In this document: piece after piece, positions 26,150-35,141 of the stretch
Layout of the letters: each line of letters opens with the position of its first letter
Position numbering within the stretch: position 1 is the stretch's first letter
Source: Dehalococcoidia bacterium
GTDB taxonomy: Bacteria; Chloroflexota; Dehalococcoidia; GIF9; AB-539-J10
Direction of reading: 5' to 3'
DNA length: 64,000 bases
Assembly: GCA_030611085.1 (NCBI GenBank)
Contig: JAUWQI010000003.1
Coordinates: 4,056 to 68,055, forward strand
Made by a program: the position numbers and the translations under genes
Notes under the pieces: generated by a model
Database searches by the model: none
Seen by the model: only the letters and a program-made list of their open reading frames with translations
What the model was told of the DNA's origin: nothing

Positions 26150-26467
26150 ATGACTATTGAGGCTACAGACCAAAATTTTGACGAAGAGGTGTTAAAATCC
26201 AATTTGCCAGTGCTGGTGGATTTTTGGGCACCCTGGTGTGGTCCCTGTCGGACGGTCTCTCCCCTCGTTGAGAGATTGTCAGAAAGCCATGTGGGCAAAT
26301 TCAAGTTTTGTAAATTGAATGTAGGTGAGGCTCCCCAAGTAGCTATAAAATATCAAATCATGGCTATACCTACGCTAATGTTCTTCAAAGATGGAGAGGT
26401 AGCTGATAGGGTTGTCGGGGCTGTAACTGAAAAAGTTCTCCAAACAAAAATTGAGAGCCTTTTGTAA
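26150..26467 (+). CDS. trxA: thioredoxin
   Basis: 105 aa. VLVDFWAPWCGPCR with SD GGAAGGAGGAAAG upstream. Confidence 0.9.
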   Translation: MTIEATDQNFDEEVLKSNLPVLVDFWAPWCGPCRTVSPLVERLSESHVGKFKFCKLNVGEAPQVAIKYQIMAIPTLMFFKDGEVADRVVGAVTEKVLQTKIESLL

Positions 26468-26483
26468 CAACTAGGTATTCTTT

Positions 26484-27155
26484 ATGGAAGAAATATCTTT
26501 GCCTATTGCCTTTGCTGCAGGGCTGTTATCGTTTCTTTCCCCCTGCGTGCTACCTATGGTACCAGTCTATTTAGCCAACTTGGCTGGCGCCTCCTCCCTG
26601 ACTCTCAAAATCAGCCGTTGGCACATTTTTCTCCATGCTGTTAGCTTTATACTGGGGTTTTCTCTGGTATTTATTGGGTTGGGTGCATCCGCAGGGCTGG
26701 TAGGTGCGGTTGTCCCCGTTAGCTTGCTTCGTAAAATAGCCGGCGTTCTGCTTCTAGTATTCGGAGCCTACTTACTTGCTGCTGTCAAGCTGCCCTGGCT
26801 CAATTATGAGGCGCGTCTCAAACACTCCTTTGGCAGTAACACAGGATACTTACGCTCCATCCTGGTAGGGGCTGTTTTCTCTCTAGCGTGGATGCCTTGC
26901 GTAGGTCCTATACTGGCTGGGATTTTAGCCCTGGCTTCAAGCTCGCAGACAGCATGGCAAGGGGTTCGCCTATTGTCTGCTTACTCGTTAGGGTTGGGGC
27001 TACCCTTTATCGCTGTTGGGCTAGCGCTGGGAGCGGCAACTCCCTTGATGGGATGGCTTAGCCGCCATGCTAACATAATCTTAGTGCTTAGTGGTTTATT
27101 GCTTATAGCAGTAGGTATATTAATGCTTGCCAACATTGTCCATTTCACTTTGTGA
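26484..27155 (+). CDS. ccdA: cytochrome c biogenesis/thiol-disulfide electron transporter CcdA (DsbD family)
   Basis: Six-TM protein with LSFLSPCVLPMVPVYL and a second Cys in WMPCVGP. Confidence 0.8.
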   Translation: MEEISLPIAFAAGLLSFLSPCVLPMVPVYLANLAGASSLTLKISRWHIFLHAVSFILGFSLVFIGLGASAGLVGAVVPVSLLRKIAGVLLLVFGAYLLAAVKLPWLNYEARLKHSFGSNTGYLRSILVGAVFSLAWMPCVGPILAGILALASSSQTAWQGVRLLSAYSLGLGLPFIAVGLALGAATPLMGWLSRHANIILVLSGLLLIAVGILMLANIVHFTL

Positions 27156-27683
27156 ATGTGGAGGATTATTATGTATCGAGGAGAGGTAAAACAACGAACA
27201 ATACTCAGCATGTTAGCTGTCTTTTTAATATTGATTTGTTGTTTTTCCGGATGTGGCCTAAGCGTAGCTCCAAAGGTGGGAGCCTTGGCCCCAGGCTTCA
27301 CACTCCCCACTCTTGATGGGCAGACAGTGAGCTTGGACGAAATGAGGGGACAGCCAGTGGTGCTTAACTTCTGGGCTACATGGTGTAGGCCCTGTTGTAT
27401 GGAAATGCCCTACCTTCAAGAGGCTTTTAACCAAAAGGGGGAGGAAGTAAGGTTTATTGCTATCAACCTGGGAGAGAGTGAAGGAAGAGCTAGAGAGTTT
27501 GCTCAGGATATGGGAATAAGCTTTATTATAGCTCTGGACCAAAATGGAGGGGTGGGGAGTGCCTATAATATCAGGGGCATCCCTACTACTTTCTTCATAG
27601 ATAAGAAAGGGATTATCTGCCATATAAGGGGGGGTGCCTTTGGTAGTGAGGATGAATTGATGGTGTTGTTGGAAGGCTTGTAG
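27156..27683 (+). CDS. TlpA/ResA-family membrane-anchored thiol:disulfide oxidoreductase
   Basis: Carries VVLNFWATWCRPC and GIPTTFFIDKKG. Signal/lipobox-like CCFSGC. The exact start is uncertain. Confidence 0.8.
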   Translation: MWRIIMYRGEVKQRTILSMLAVFLILICCFSGCGLSVAPKVGALAPGFTLPTLDGQTVSLDEMRGQPVVLNFWATWCRPCCMEMPYLQEAFNQKGEEVRFIAINLGESEGRAREFAQDMGISFIIALDQNGGVGSAYNIRGIPTTFFIDKKGIICHIRGGAFGSEDELMVLLEGL

Positions 27684-27725
27684 GCTATCTGGCTAGGATT
27701 GCCATATATTTACCTTTGCCTTCAT

Positions 27726-28691
27726 CTAAAACGCACATGACCCGCAGGTCTTTACCGTGAAAACTATACTTTTAGTGGCTACGCCCCCATAATTATCAGA
27801 CACTGTTACCGTAACAGTAACTTGGCCTCCTCGAAGGGGGGCAGTCCAGGTAACTACAGGTCCCTCCCCGGGGATATTGCCGCTACCGTATATTCCATCA
27901 TATGCCCATTCATAGCTCAACTCATCGCCATCTGGGTCAGAAGCAATGCACTCAATGTTACAGTTTTTGCCTTTCAAGATTTTATATCCCGTAGATATTT
28001 CCTCTAGGTATCTATGTTCAGCGGTGGCAATTAGGTTCTCGATAATCGGCGGATTGTTGGGCGCTACGTTGATAGTCAATGAGTCTGTGCTTTCACCACC
28101 ATTGTCATCTTTCACCTCAACCGTGATGGTATAAGTGTCCGCCGTTTCAGGAGCGGTCCAGGTGATTACGGGACCTGTGCCGGAAATGCTACCGCCGCTA
28201 GCTGACCACTCATAGCTTAACTTATCGTCATCGGGGTCAAAAGCATCGCAAGTAATTGTGCAGTGGCCCAGGGGGATAACCCGCTCATCACTGGTGCTTA
28301 AGGGGTTAATTTGCGGTGGATGATTTTCTCTTACGCTGATAGTGATTGATTGTGTAGCCTTATTGCCGTCTTTATCAGTCACTTTGACCGAGATGATATA
28401 TTCACCGGGCTCATCGGGAGTGGTCCAAATAGCTACAGCACCTTCCCCCGAGATACTCCCTCCACTAGCCTGCCATTCGTAGTTTAGCTCGCCACCCTCT
28501 GGATTTGAAACAGTACACTCAATCTGGCAACTGCCTGAAGGCAGAACTATCTCTTGCTCAGCTTGGAGGCTAGTGATACTCAAGGAAGGATTAGCTGGGG
28601 CTGGGGCACAGCCAGCTATGAGAAAAATGATGATGGCCCAAATGGTAAAGCAAGGCATCACTTTATTTGGTTTAGAGAAAACTGACTTCAT
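27726..28691 (-). CDS. lipoprotein with three tandem Ig-like (PKD-like) repeats
   Basis: Lipobox LIAGC. Three repeats of about 95 aa each carry C..C...D/NP.G..L.YEW.ASGGSISG.GP...WT.P. C-terminal TCGSCAF. Confidence 0.65.
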   Translation of the reverse strand: MKSVFSKPNKVMPCFTIWAIIIFLIAGCAPAPANPSLSITSLQAEQEIVLPSGSCQIECTVSNPEGGELNYEWQASGGSISGEGAVAIWTTPDEPGEYIISVKVTDKDGNKATQSITISVRENHPPQINPLSTSDERVIPLGHCTITCDAFDPDDDKLSYEWSASGGSISGTGPVITWTAPETADTYTITVEVKDDNGGESTDSLTINVAPNNPPIIENLIATAEHRYLEEISTGYKILKGKNCNIECIASDPDGDELSYEWAYDGIYGSGNIPGEGPVVTWTAPLRGGQVTVTVTVSDNYGGVATKSIVFTVKTCGSCAF

Positions 28692-29200
28692 TTGAGCTCT
28701 TCTCTTTTCCTCTTGGTAAACCAGGGCCGAAAATCTAGAAATCTGCTGGGATGAAACAACAGAATAACCAAAGCTAAACCAAAAAGCACAATATCAAAAA
28801 ATAGAGCTTGCAGCGGCGACATCGCTCCCAGCAATTCCTCCCATATACCAAAACAATAGGCGCATTCGGGAAATTGTTCTATACCCTGGCTCACTGCCCA
28901 AGAATTACTGGCCATAAATCCAATCGTAAGTGGAAGACATAAAGCTGCGGCGACTCTGGGGAGCACGCCCAGGAGTAAAAGAATTCCTAGAGCTATCTCC
29001 CCCCAGGGGAGGCAATAGCCGATAAGGTAAGCCACGGTGGGAGTCCAAAAAGATTGCAATAAGAGGTCGATAAATTCTGTTTGCCCTGGTATTTTACCAG
29101 TGCCGGAGACCAATAGAGTTAGTCCCAAAAATATGCTTGGTCCCAAGATTATCAAGTTCCTTTGCCAGCCGCTTTTTAACTCTTGTTTCATAATGTGCAT
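28688..29200 (-). CDS. MauE/DoxX-like membrane protein
   Basis: 170 aa, four to five TM helices. Overlaps the downstream gene by 4 nt. Family call is from general resemblance only. Confidence 0.5.
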   Translation of the reverse strand: MHIMKQELKSGWQRNLIILGPSIFLGLTLLVSGTGKIPGQTEFIDLLLQSFWTPTVAYLIGYCLPWGEIALGILLLLGVLPRVAAALCLPLTIGFMASNSWAVSQGIEQFPECAYCFGIWEELLGAMSPLQALFFDIVLFGLALVILLFHPSRFLDFRPWFTKRKREELK

Positions 29201-29290
29201 AACTAAATATAACTCAATTCACTCCCATCAAGGCTGCTACCTCAATTGCTTGCCCAAAGCGACAGGGAGAGGTGTAATATTGTAACACAC

Positions 29291-29998
29291 TCAAGTTTGA
29301 ATCCAGAGCACCACATAATATATCCCTACCCCTATAAAGATAATGGAAACTACCACACGAATGATTTTCTCAGCGCGGGTGAGCGCGTTGAGCCAGGTAG
29401 AAACTTTGGCCACGCCAGCAGATATAAGAATGCCAAATACTAAAACGGGGAGTCCAGTGCCTATAGCAAATACCGCTGGCAGTGTTACACCGCCGTCAGA
29501 TTTAAGAGCTAAAGGTATCAATACTCCAAAGAACAGAACAGCACTATAAGGGCAAAAGGCTAGAGCGAAAAGAACGCCCAGGAGAAACCCACCTATCATG
29601 CCCCAGTCAGCGACTTTTCCTCCTACCGAAGATAGCTTTCCACCTCCCAAACCAAAAGAAAGCTTATTGATGTTTAGCATTATTAGCCCTACCACTATCA
29701 GAAGTGGCCCTAGGATTCGCTCACCAAAATCTTGAAGAAATGAAGCAACTCCAGGGATATCAAGCCCAGCCACAATGATCAAGATACCAAGGATGGAGTA
29801 GGAAAACATGCGCCCCAGTGTATAGAGTATTCCAGTCATGACAGCGTACCTGCGGTCTGTCACCCTGCGACTAACATATGCTATAGCAGCAATGTTGGTA
29901 GCCATAGGACAGGGACTAATGGCAGTTAGCAATCCCAGACACAGCGCTGAGAGCACCGGGATATTAATGTTTCCCGTAATGCCCCCCAAATCCATCAT
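29291..29998 (-). CDS. DsbD_2-type membrane protein (ArsG-like / cytochrome c biogenesis-like transporter family)
   Basis: 235 aa, polytopic. LGLLTAISPCPMATNIAAIAYV motif. Overlaps the upstream gene by 4 nt. Confidence 0.55.
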   Translation of the reverse strand: MMDLGGITGNINIPVLSALCLGLLTAISPCPMATNIAAIAYVSRRVTDRRYAVMTGILYTLGRMFSYSILGILIIVAGLDIPGVASFLQDFGERILGPLLIVVGLIMLNINKLSFGLGGGKLSSVGGKVADWGMIGGFLLGVLFALAFCPYSAVLFFGVLIPLALKSDGGVTLPAVFAIGTGLPVLVFGILISAGVAKVSTWLNALTRAEKIIRVVVSIIFIGVGIYYVVLWIQT

Positions 29999-30465
29999 CC
30001 CTCCCCCTTGAAGCTTTTCTCGATTTTGCTCTTCAGTGCCTCGACAAACGCTTCGTCCTTGCCAATAAGAGTATAAATCTCTGTCGCCTCTTTAATATGG
30101 TCAGTGCCATCTCTTATCGTATTAATAAACAGGGATGAGGTAAAAGCGCCATATTTCTCGACAATGGCAGCATTTTCCTCGTTCTTCACATTGAGCGTCT
30201 TAAAAGTCACCTTGCCACTAGCCAGTTCGTCCTTAAAGTAAGTTTCTATGGTATAGCGCGTCCATTCCTCGACGTATAGACAGGAATGGCAGCGCTGTGT
30301 ACGGTGAAAATAAACAACATCAACCCTGTCAGCCGGACCTAAAGGTGATAGCTCCCCACCGTTTGTTATGGGAGGCGCAGTAGAAGATGTTGCACAACCT
30401 GCCATTAGCGACAAGGCTAAACATAGTAAGATGAGAGGGTATAGAATCCTGATTACTTTATTCAT
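29995..30465 (-). CDS. thioredoxin-like lipoprotein (ArsF-like family)
   Basis: Lipobox LMAGC. VVYFHRTQRCHSCLYVEEW is a CxxC-type motif. Family name recalled from annotation practice, not verified. Confidence 0.5.
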   Translation of the reverse strand: MNKVIRILYPLILLCLALSLMAGCATSSTAPPITNGGELSPLGPADRVDVVYFHRTQRCHSCLYVEEWTRYTIETYFKDELASGKVTFKTLNVKNEENAAIVEKYGAFTSSLFINTIRDGTDHIKEATEIYTLIGKDEAFVEALKSKIEKSFKGEG

Positions 30466-30476
30466 TGTAACTGCGT

Positions 30477-30915
30477 TTACTCCCTTAAAATACTATCAAT
30501 AATAAGCTCTTTTGCTCTCTCTACTTCCTCTTCAGAGATGTATTTATCAAGTCCTAGTCCTTTACCAATATCCATATGAAGGGCTTTCTTTTTCATGCCT
30601 ATATCCCTGACCAACACAATGCTCTTGGTTACTTTGAACCCAGCCTCCTCTACAATCTTCTGACTGCATCCCAAGGGACAACCATCAACAGTGATGACCT
30701 TCCTTGCCGCCTTAGTCTTTCCTAGAACAGGCTTTACCTTTAGTGCCACTGGTGGCAAGCAGGCCGATAGCCACTTTTTCCAGGCCAAGCTCCTTAACCG
30801 CTTCCAGGCAAGCTAAGCCGCTAGTTATACCCGTGTTTGAAAAACCGCCAAAACAGGAGAATATTACATTCTCATGAGTTGGCATACCTTCCTGCCATTC
30901 TTTCTCTTCTGCCAT
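30477..30915 (-). pseudogene. DGC-domain putative zinc-binding protein, frameshifted at an A5 run
   Basis: ORF 30712-30915 gives the N-terminal half (VIFSCFGGFSNTGITSGLACLEAVKE). ORF 30477-30788 gives the C-terminal half (CLPPV...VITVDGCPLGC). The frames meet at 30775-30779. Confidence 0.65.
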
Positions 30916-30985
30916 AAGTGCATCTCCTTAATTTTTAGGTTTTAATATTGTCGCTCCTACTCTCTCAAATCAAGCAATCTGTTTG

Positions 30986-31231
30986 CTACTTCCTCTCCTC
31001 AATCCATTCTTTAATCTCTTCAGGGCTGGGAATTCTGCCTTCGGATACCTTGGCGCCATCAATGATAACGCCAGGGGTTAAGAGTACACCTTTAGTAGTG
31101 ATAGCCATTATGTCCTTTACCTCCGACACCTCTACCTCTTGTTCCAAGTCCATCTCCTTTACCATCTTCTGCACATTTTTCATGGTGGCATGGCACTTAG
31201 GGCAACCTGGTCCACAAATCTCAATCTTCAT
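30986..31231 (-). CDS. small thioredoxin-fold protein (Thioredoxin_3 / TM0996-MTH895 type)
   Basis: Start at MKIEICGPGCPKC behind SD GGAGG. Contains TPGVIIDG. 81 aa. Confidence 0.7.
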   Translation of the reverse strand: MKIEICGPGCPKCHATMKNVQKMVKEMDLEQEVEVSEVKDIMAITTKGVLLTPGVIIDGAKVSEGRIPSPEEIKEWIEERK

Positions 31232-31326
31232 AGTGCACCTCCTTACTGGCAATTCAGACAGCCGAAGCTGCCACATGCCGCTTATTTACTCGCCTGCTCC
31301 TTGTCCTGAAAGCCTTTACCTCCATA

Positions 31327-31590
31327 TTACTTCATTCCTGCTTCCCGCAGGGCGGAAATTAAGGACTCTCTACTGGGACAGACTCCCATTATTTTGACCA
31401 ATTCTCCAACAACTACTGCTGGTGCTGCGGTCAGATTGTATTTTCCGAATAACTCATTGCGTCCTTTATAGGTAATTACCTCCACCTTGTCACCAAATTC
31501 CTCTTCAATTTCCTTCAGCAGTTTGGACAGACTGATACCACCGGAGCAAGTTGGTACTGATAAAAATGCCTCAATCTTTACTTTGCGCAT
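31327..31590 (-). CDS. small thioredoxin-fold paralog 3 (CxxG variant)
   Basis: 87 aa with PTCSGG in place of CxxC. Shares the CPSR..L..ALRE.G tail with paralog 2. Confidence 0.6.
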   Translation of the reverse strand: MRKVKIEAFLSVPTCSGGISLSKLLKEIEEEFGDKVEVITYKGRNELFGKYNLTAAPAVVVGELVKIMGVCPSRESLISALREAGMK

Positions 31591-31850
31591 AGACCGCTCT
31601 CCCTTAATGCATTAGCTAAGGTGGTTCGACTGGGACATATTCCTTCAATTCTAATCTTCTCATCAATGACGACTGCGGGTACACAGCTAAGCTTATATTC
31701 CTCAAATTTGGCTGTGGCTTCCTCCCCAATAAGCTTGATTACCTCCAACTGACCCTCATATTTTTGGGCAAAGTCATCAGCAAGTGCTAAAACAGCGAGG
31801 CATCCCGGGCAGGGTGGGTCTCCACTGAACACCTCCATTTTTACCTTCAT
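31578..31850 (-). CDS. small thioredoxin-fold paralog 2
   Basis: 90 aa. PPCPGC, VPAVVIDEKIRIEGICPSR. Confidence 0.6.
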   Translation of the reverse strand: MKVKMEVFSGDPPCPGCLAVLALADDFAQKYEGQLEVIKLIGEEATAKFEEYKLSCVPAVVIDEKIRIEGICPSRTTLANALRESGLCAK

Positions 31851-32113
31851 TACTGTTCTCCCAACTCTTTCTTAATCGCCTTTTCTAATTCACCTTCAGA
31901 CACGACCTTTCCTGCAGCCATAACCTTGTCATTTATTACTACACAGGGCGTAAACATTATGCCGTATCTCCTCCCCTCGTCCGATATAGCAGGAAATTTG
32001 GCTAGTTCTATCTGCTCAGGATATCTCTCAGCCACCTTTGTAGCTACCTTCTCTACCTCCCTACACTTTGCACATGGTGGCGTTGAGTGAAAAACTTTTA
32101 ATGTGACCTCCAT
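31850..32113 (-). CDS. small thioredoxin-fold paralog 1
   Basis: 87 aa. PPCAKC, TPCVVINDK. Confidence 0.6.
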   Translation of the reverse strand: MEVTLKVFHSTPPCAKCREVEKVATKVAERYPEQIELAKFPAISDEGRRYGIMFTPCVVINDKVMAAGKVVSEGELEKAIKKELGEQ

Positions 32114-32146
32114 TTAGCTCACCTCCTTAAATTTTAGTTTTTCTCC

Positions 32147-33190
32147 TCAAGTCAAGATAAATCCAGCTATCCAGCCAACCAGGGTTCCTAGAATAATGAT
32201 GGTCGGGACATAAACCAGAGCTTTCTTAAATCCAAATACCTTTCCTATAGCTAGCCAGTTGGGCAAGCTGATACCTGGGCCAGTAAGCAACAAAGCCAAA
32301 GCAGGACCCTTGCCCATTCCCAGACCCATCAGAGTATCCACAAATGGAGCCTCAGTCATAGTGGCAAAGTAAGTAACTGCACCAATCATAGTGGCAAGGA
32401 AAGATTGCCTTAGCCCGGCTCCACCCAGCCATGTCTCTATCCATTCCTGTGGCAGAGCAGCGCCAATGACCCCGACTATAAACACGCCAATTAGAAGAAG
32501 GGGGAATATCGTGCGCACAAACCACCACGACTCTTTCAGCCATCCCTTTATCTCACCCCATGTTTTCACCCGCCAGGCATAAAGAGCAGCTACTGCTGTC
32601 GCCCCTGCCCATACATAAACCTTAGCTAGATAGGAGCCTCCCGTCACGGCATAATTGGGAGCCAGAAGGGTGGCAACTAACAGTAAGAGCAGTATAATGT
32701 CCCTTTTGGTCATCATTTTCCCCCCAGTAGCCTTGATGGTTAGTGCTCTCTGATGCTCTTCCTTGCGGAAAGCAAGGGACATCACTGCACCAACGATGAA
32801 AGACACCGATAGGGCAGCTACCACTCTGGCTATAACCATTTGAGAACCGAGAATCGAACCAGTATAGACTAGAGCCAAGATGTTAGCTGCTGGAGCAACC
32901 CAGAGGAGGATGAAAGCGGGACCAATTCCAGCCCCTCCATGATAAATGCCGCTGGCAACAGGGATAACAGTGCACGAGCAGACTGATACAAAGAAGCTTC
33001 CGCCGCCAGCAATACCAAAGGATTTGATCTTGCTGGCAGCGCTGCCCAGATAGCCAATAATTGTCTCTCGGGAAACAAAGGATACTATTGCCCCGGCTAA
33101 AAGAAATGCCGGGACAAGGCATGTGAGCACATGCAAAGCAATATATCCTTTCAGTGCATTTAGCCCAGCCAGTAAAAGCTGTTCAGCCAT
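32147..33190 (-). CDS. DUF318/ArsP-like permease
   Basis: 347 aa, polytopic. Has the N-terminal LTCLVPAFLLAGAI motif and the typical position between ArsR and Thioredoxin_3 genes. Confidence 0.65.
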   Translation of the reverse strand: MAEQLLLAGLNALKGYIALHVLTCLVPAFLLAGAIVSFVSRETIIGYLGSAASKIKSFGIAGGGSFFVSVCSCTVIPVASGIYHGGAGIGPAFILLWVAPAANILALVYTGSILGSQMVIARVVAALSVSFIVGAVMSLAFRKEEHQRALTIKATGGKMMTKRDIILLLLLVATLLAPNYAVTGGSYLAKVYVWAGATAVAALYAWRVKTWGEIKGWLKESWWFVRTIFPLLLIGVFIVGVIGAALPQEWIETWLGGAGLRQSFLATMIGAVTYFATMTEAPFVDTLMGLGMGKGPALALLLTGPGISLPNWLAIGKVFGFKKALVYVPTIIILGTLVGWIAGFILT

Positions 33191-33248
33191 CCCATTCTCC
33201 TAAAGTAGAAGCATTTATGCACATAGCCAAATATAACTGTCAAAAAAA

Positions 33249-33599
33249 TTATTTGCCCACTGTCCTCGGCCCACATCGCACAGCGCGACTTAGCCTCTCT
33301 CTGTCCTGCGATATAATCTCCTCGTTAACGAGCGAACGGCGGAGCATTTCAATTAAAGAGGTGGCATAGCTGTTTGCCGTTTGCTCATCAATAGAGTAAA
33401 CAATCCATAATCCGTCTCTCCTGGACTTAACAAAACCAGCGCTCTCAAGAATACGCAGGTTGCGCGAGGCGCGGGATTGGGAGATATCCAGCGCCTGCAT
33501 TATCTCACAAACGCAGCATTCTCTTTCCAATAGGACTTTCAAAATCCTGACCCTGGTCTCGTCGGATATTGCCTTAACTGCTCTGATAAAATCCTTCAT
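33249..33599 (-). CDS. ArsR/SmtB family metalloregulator
   Basis: Carries ISDETRVRILKVLLERECCVCEIMQALDISQSRASRNLRIL, with the CC.C metal-site position. Confidence 0.85.
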   Translation of the reverse strand: MKDFIRAVKAISDETRVRILKVLLERECCVCEIMQALDISQSRASRNLRILESAGFVKSRRDGLWIVYSIDEQTANSYATSLIEMLRRSLVNEEIISQDRERLSRAVRCGPRTVGK

Positions 33600-33714
33600 G
33601 GTTTAATTTTATATGGTTATATGTGCATAAATGCATTTACTTGGCTATTCTATATCAGGAAAATCTTACTTGTCAAGCGACTGGAGATGAGATTGTTTAC
33701 TAATTAGTAGTGAA

Positions 33715-33864
33715 TGTCACTCTGAGCCCTGCGCTACCTGTCATTCTGAAGGATGAGCCGAAGCCCTGAGCATAGCGAAGGGGAAGCGACTGAAGAATCT
33801 CACTCAGGACAGGCTCCGTGAAGAGTCTAAAAGAGATTCTTCGCCCGTAGGGCTCAGAATGACA
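33715..33864. repeat. family A repeat cluster
   Basis: Several units including gtcattctgaaggatgagccgaagccctgagcatagcgaagg and agagattcttcgcccgtagggctcagaatgaca. Confidence 0.8.
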
Positions 33865-33971
33865 AATAGAATTCCTAATTACTCCTATAGCCTGCTTTTG
33901 CCAGTATCCTTTTAACAGATAAGTAAGCAGGCGAATCTTCCGATAATTCAAGCAATGACCTTCCAATTAAA

Positions 33972-34358
33972 TTATATTCCTCTACATTTCCCTGTACAAT
34001 TATACTGGGTAATTTTACATGAATCCTTGGAAGCAAGGCCATGAGTTCTGAGCAAAGAAATGTCACTCAAAATCCTCTCTGTGCTGCCATTAGCAACTAT
34101 CTCTCCTGCATCCAGCACCACAGTCCGCTGGCATAATGCCCCTACCATCTCCAGGTCATGGGCGGCAACGATCTTAGTCACCGGCAGTTGCCTCAACAGT
34201 TCAATTGAACTCCACTTGCTTCTGGGATCAAGATTGCTGGTAGGCTCATCTAGAACCAGAAGCTCCGGTCTCAGGGAGAGAACTGTAGCAGTGGCAATCC
34301 TTTTCTTTTCACCGTTTTTACATTCCTCACAGATTTTGGCAGCATAAGCTGCGACCAA
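33972..34358 (-). pseudogene. ECF/ABC transporter ATPase (CbiO-like) 3' remnant lacking Walker A
   Basis: Begins near the signature region (GEKKRIATATVL). Walker B LLVLDEPTSNLD and the H-loop AAHD are present. There is no upstream P-loop coding sequence. Confidence 0.65.
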
Positions 34359-34383
34359 CTGCAGCGGTAGCCTACAGTCGTCT

Positions 34384-34680
34384 CTACCTTTTTAAGGCTC
34401 TTTTCAAAATTCCTTTGGGGTCACTGACCAGTAGCACAATTTCCCACACTAAGAGGGCAAGAATGATTACAGAAAGTCCAAGCAACGTTGCATCTGGATT
34501 TATTTCAAAAAACTCTCCCCCTTCTGTTAAATATGCTATCACGTGGTCAACGAACCACATGAGTGTTGCCCCCCAGAATATCAAACTCAATAAGCCCAAC
34601 TTATATTTGTCTTCTGGAGCCTTTACATACCATATTGCAGTTGTGATTACCGCTGCTAGAGCGGTCATGATGAGCCACAT
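34384..34680 (-). CDS. hypothetical three-TM membrane protein
   Basis: 98 aa. One-nt start/stop overlap with the upstream ORF. Confidence 0.5.
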   Translation of the reverse strand: MWLIMTALAAVITTAIWYVKAPEDKYKLGLLSLIFWGATLMWFVDHVIAYLTEGGEFFEINPDATLLGLSVIILALLVWEIVLLVSDPKGILKRALKR

Positions 34681-35078
34681 TATTCACCTCCGCTGGTAGG
34701 TTTAACTTTTGCTTCTGGCATAGCCTTGGCCCTTAGTTCAACAACCATAACTATTATTGCCCAGACGACTGTTACGGTTATGGCCATAGCTACACCAAAT
34801 ATCGCCATTTCATGAAGCATTGGAGCTACATCTGCCGGATTTCCCATTGCTGTCAAAAAGGGCGGCCATGGGACAACCTCTCCATGCCATACATGCTCCA
34901 ACGCCAGCAGTGCAGTTCCACCCCATAATAGCTTATTCAGCCAGCTCAATCTCTGGCTCCACTTCAACCCTGCATTATCAGTCCTTTTCCCACCAACTTT
35001 CTTTTCTCTGTTCTCCACAACTTTCTGCACAACGGTTGTCACAATAGCCTCTCCCATAGGTATAAGAAAACATGCCAT
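34680..35078 (-). CDS. hypothetical membrane protein
   Basis: 132 aa with SD AGGAGG upstream. Carries LEHVWHGEVVPWPPF. No family recognised. Confidence 0.5.
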   Translation of the reverse strand: MACFLIPMGEAIVTTVVQKVVENREKKVGGKRTDNAGLKWSQRLSWLNKLLWGGTALLALEHVWHGEVVPWPPFLTAMGNPADVAPMLHEMAIFGVAMAITVTVVWAIIVMVVELRAKAMPEAKVKPTSGGE

Positions 35079-35141
35079 CTTTTTTTACCTCCTTTTAACG
35101 TTTGTGATTAATTGTGATAAGCACTAATAAAAATTTTGCCT

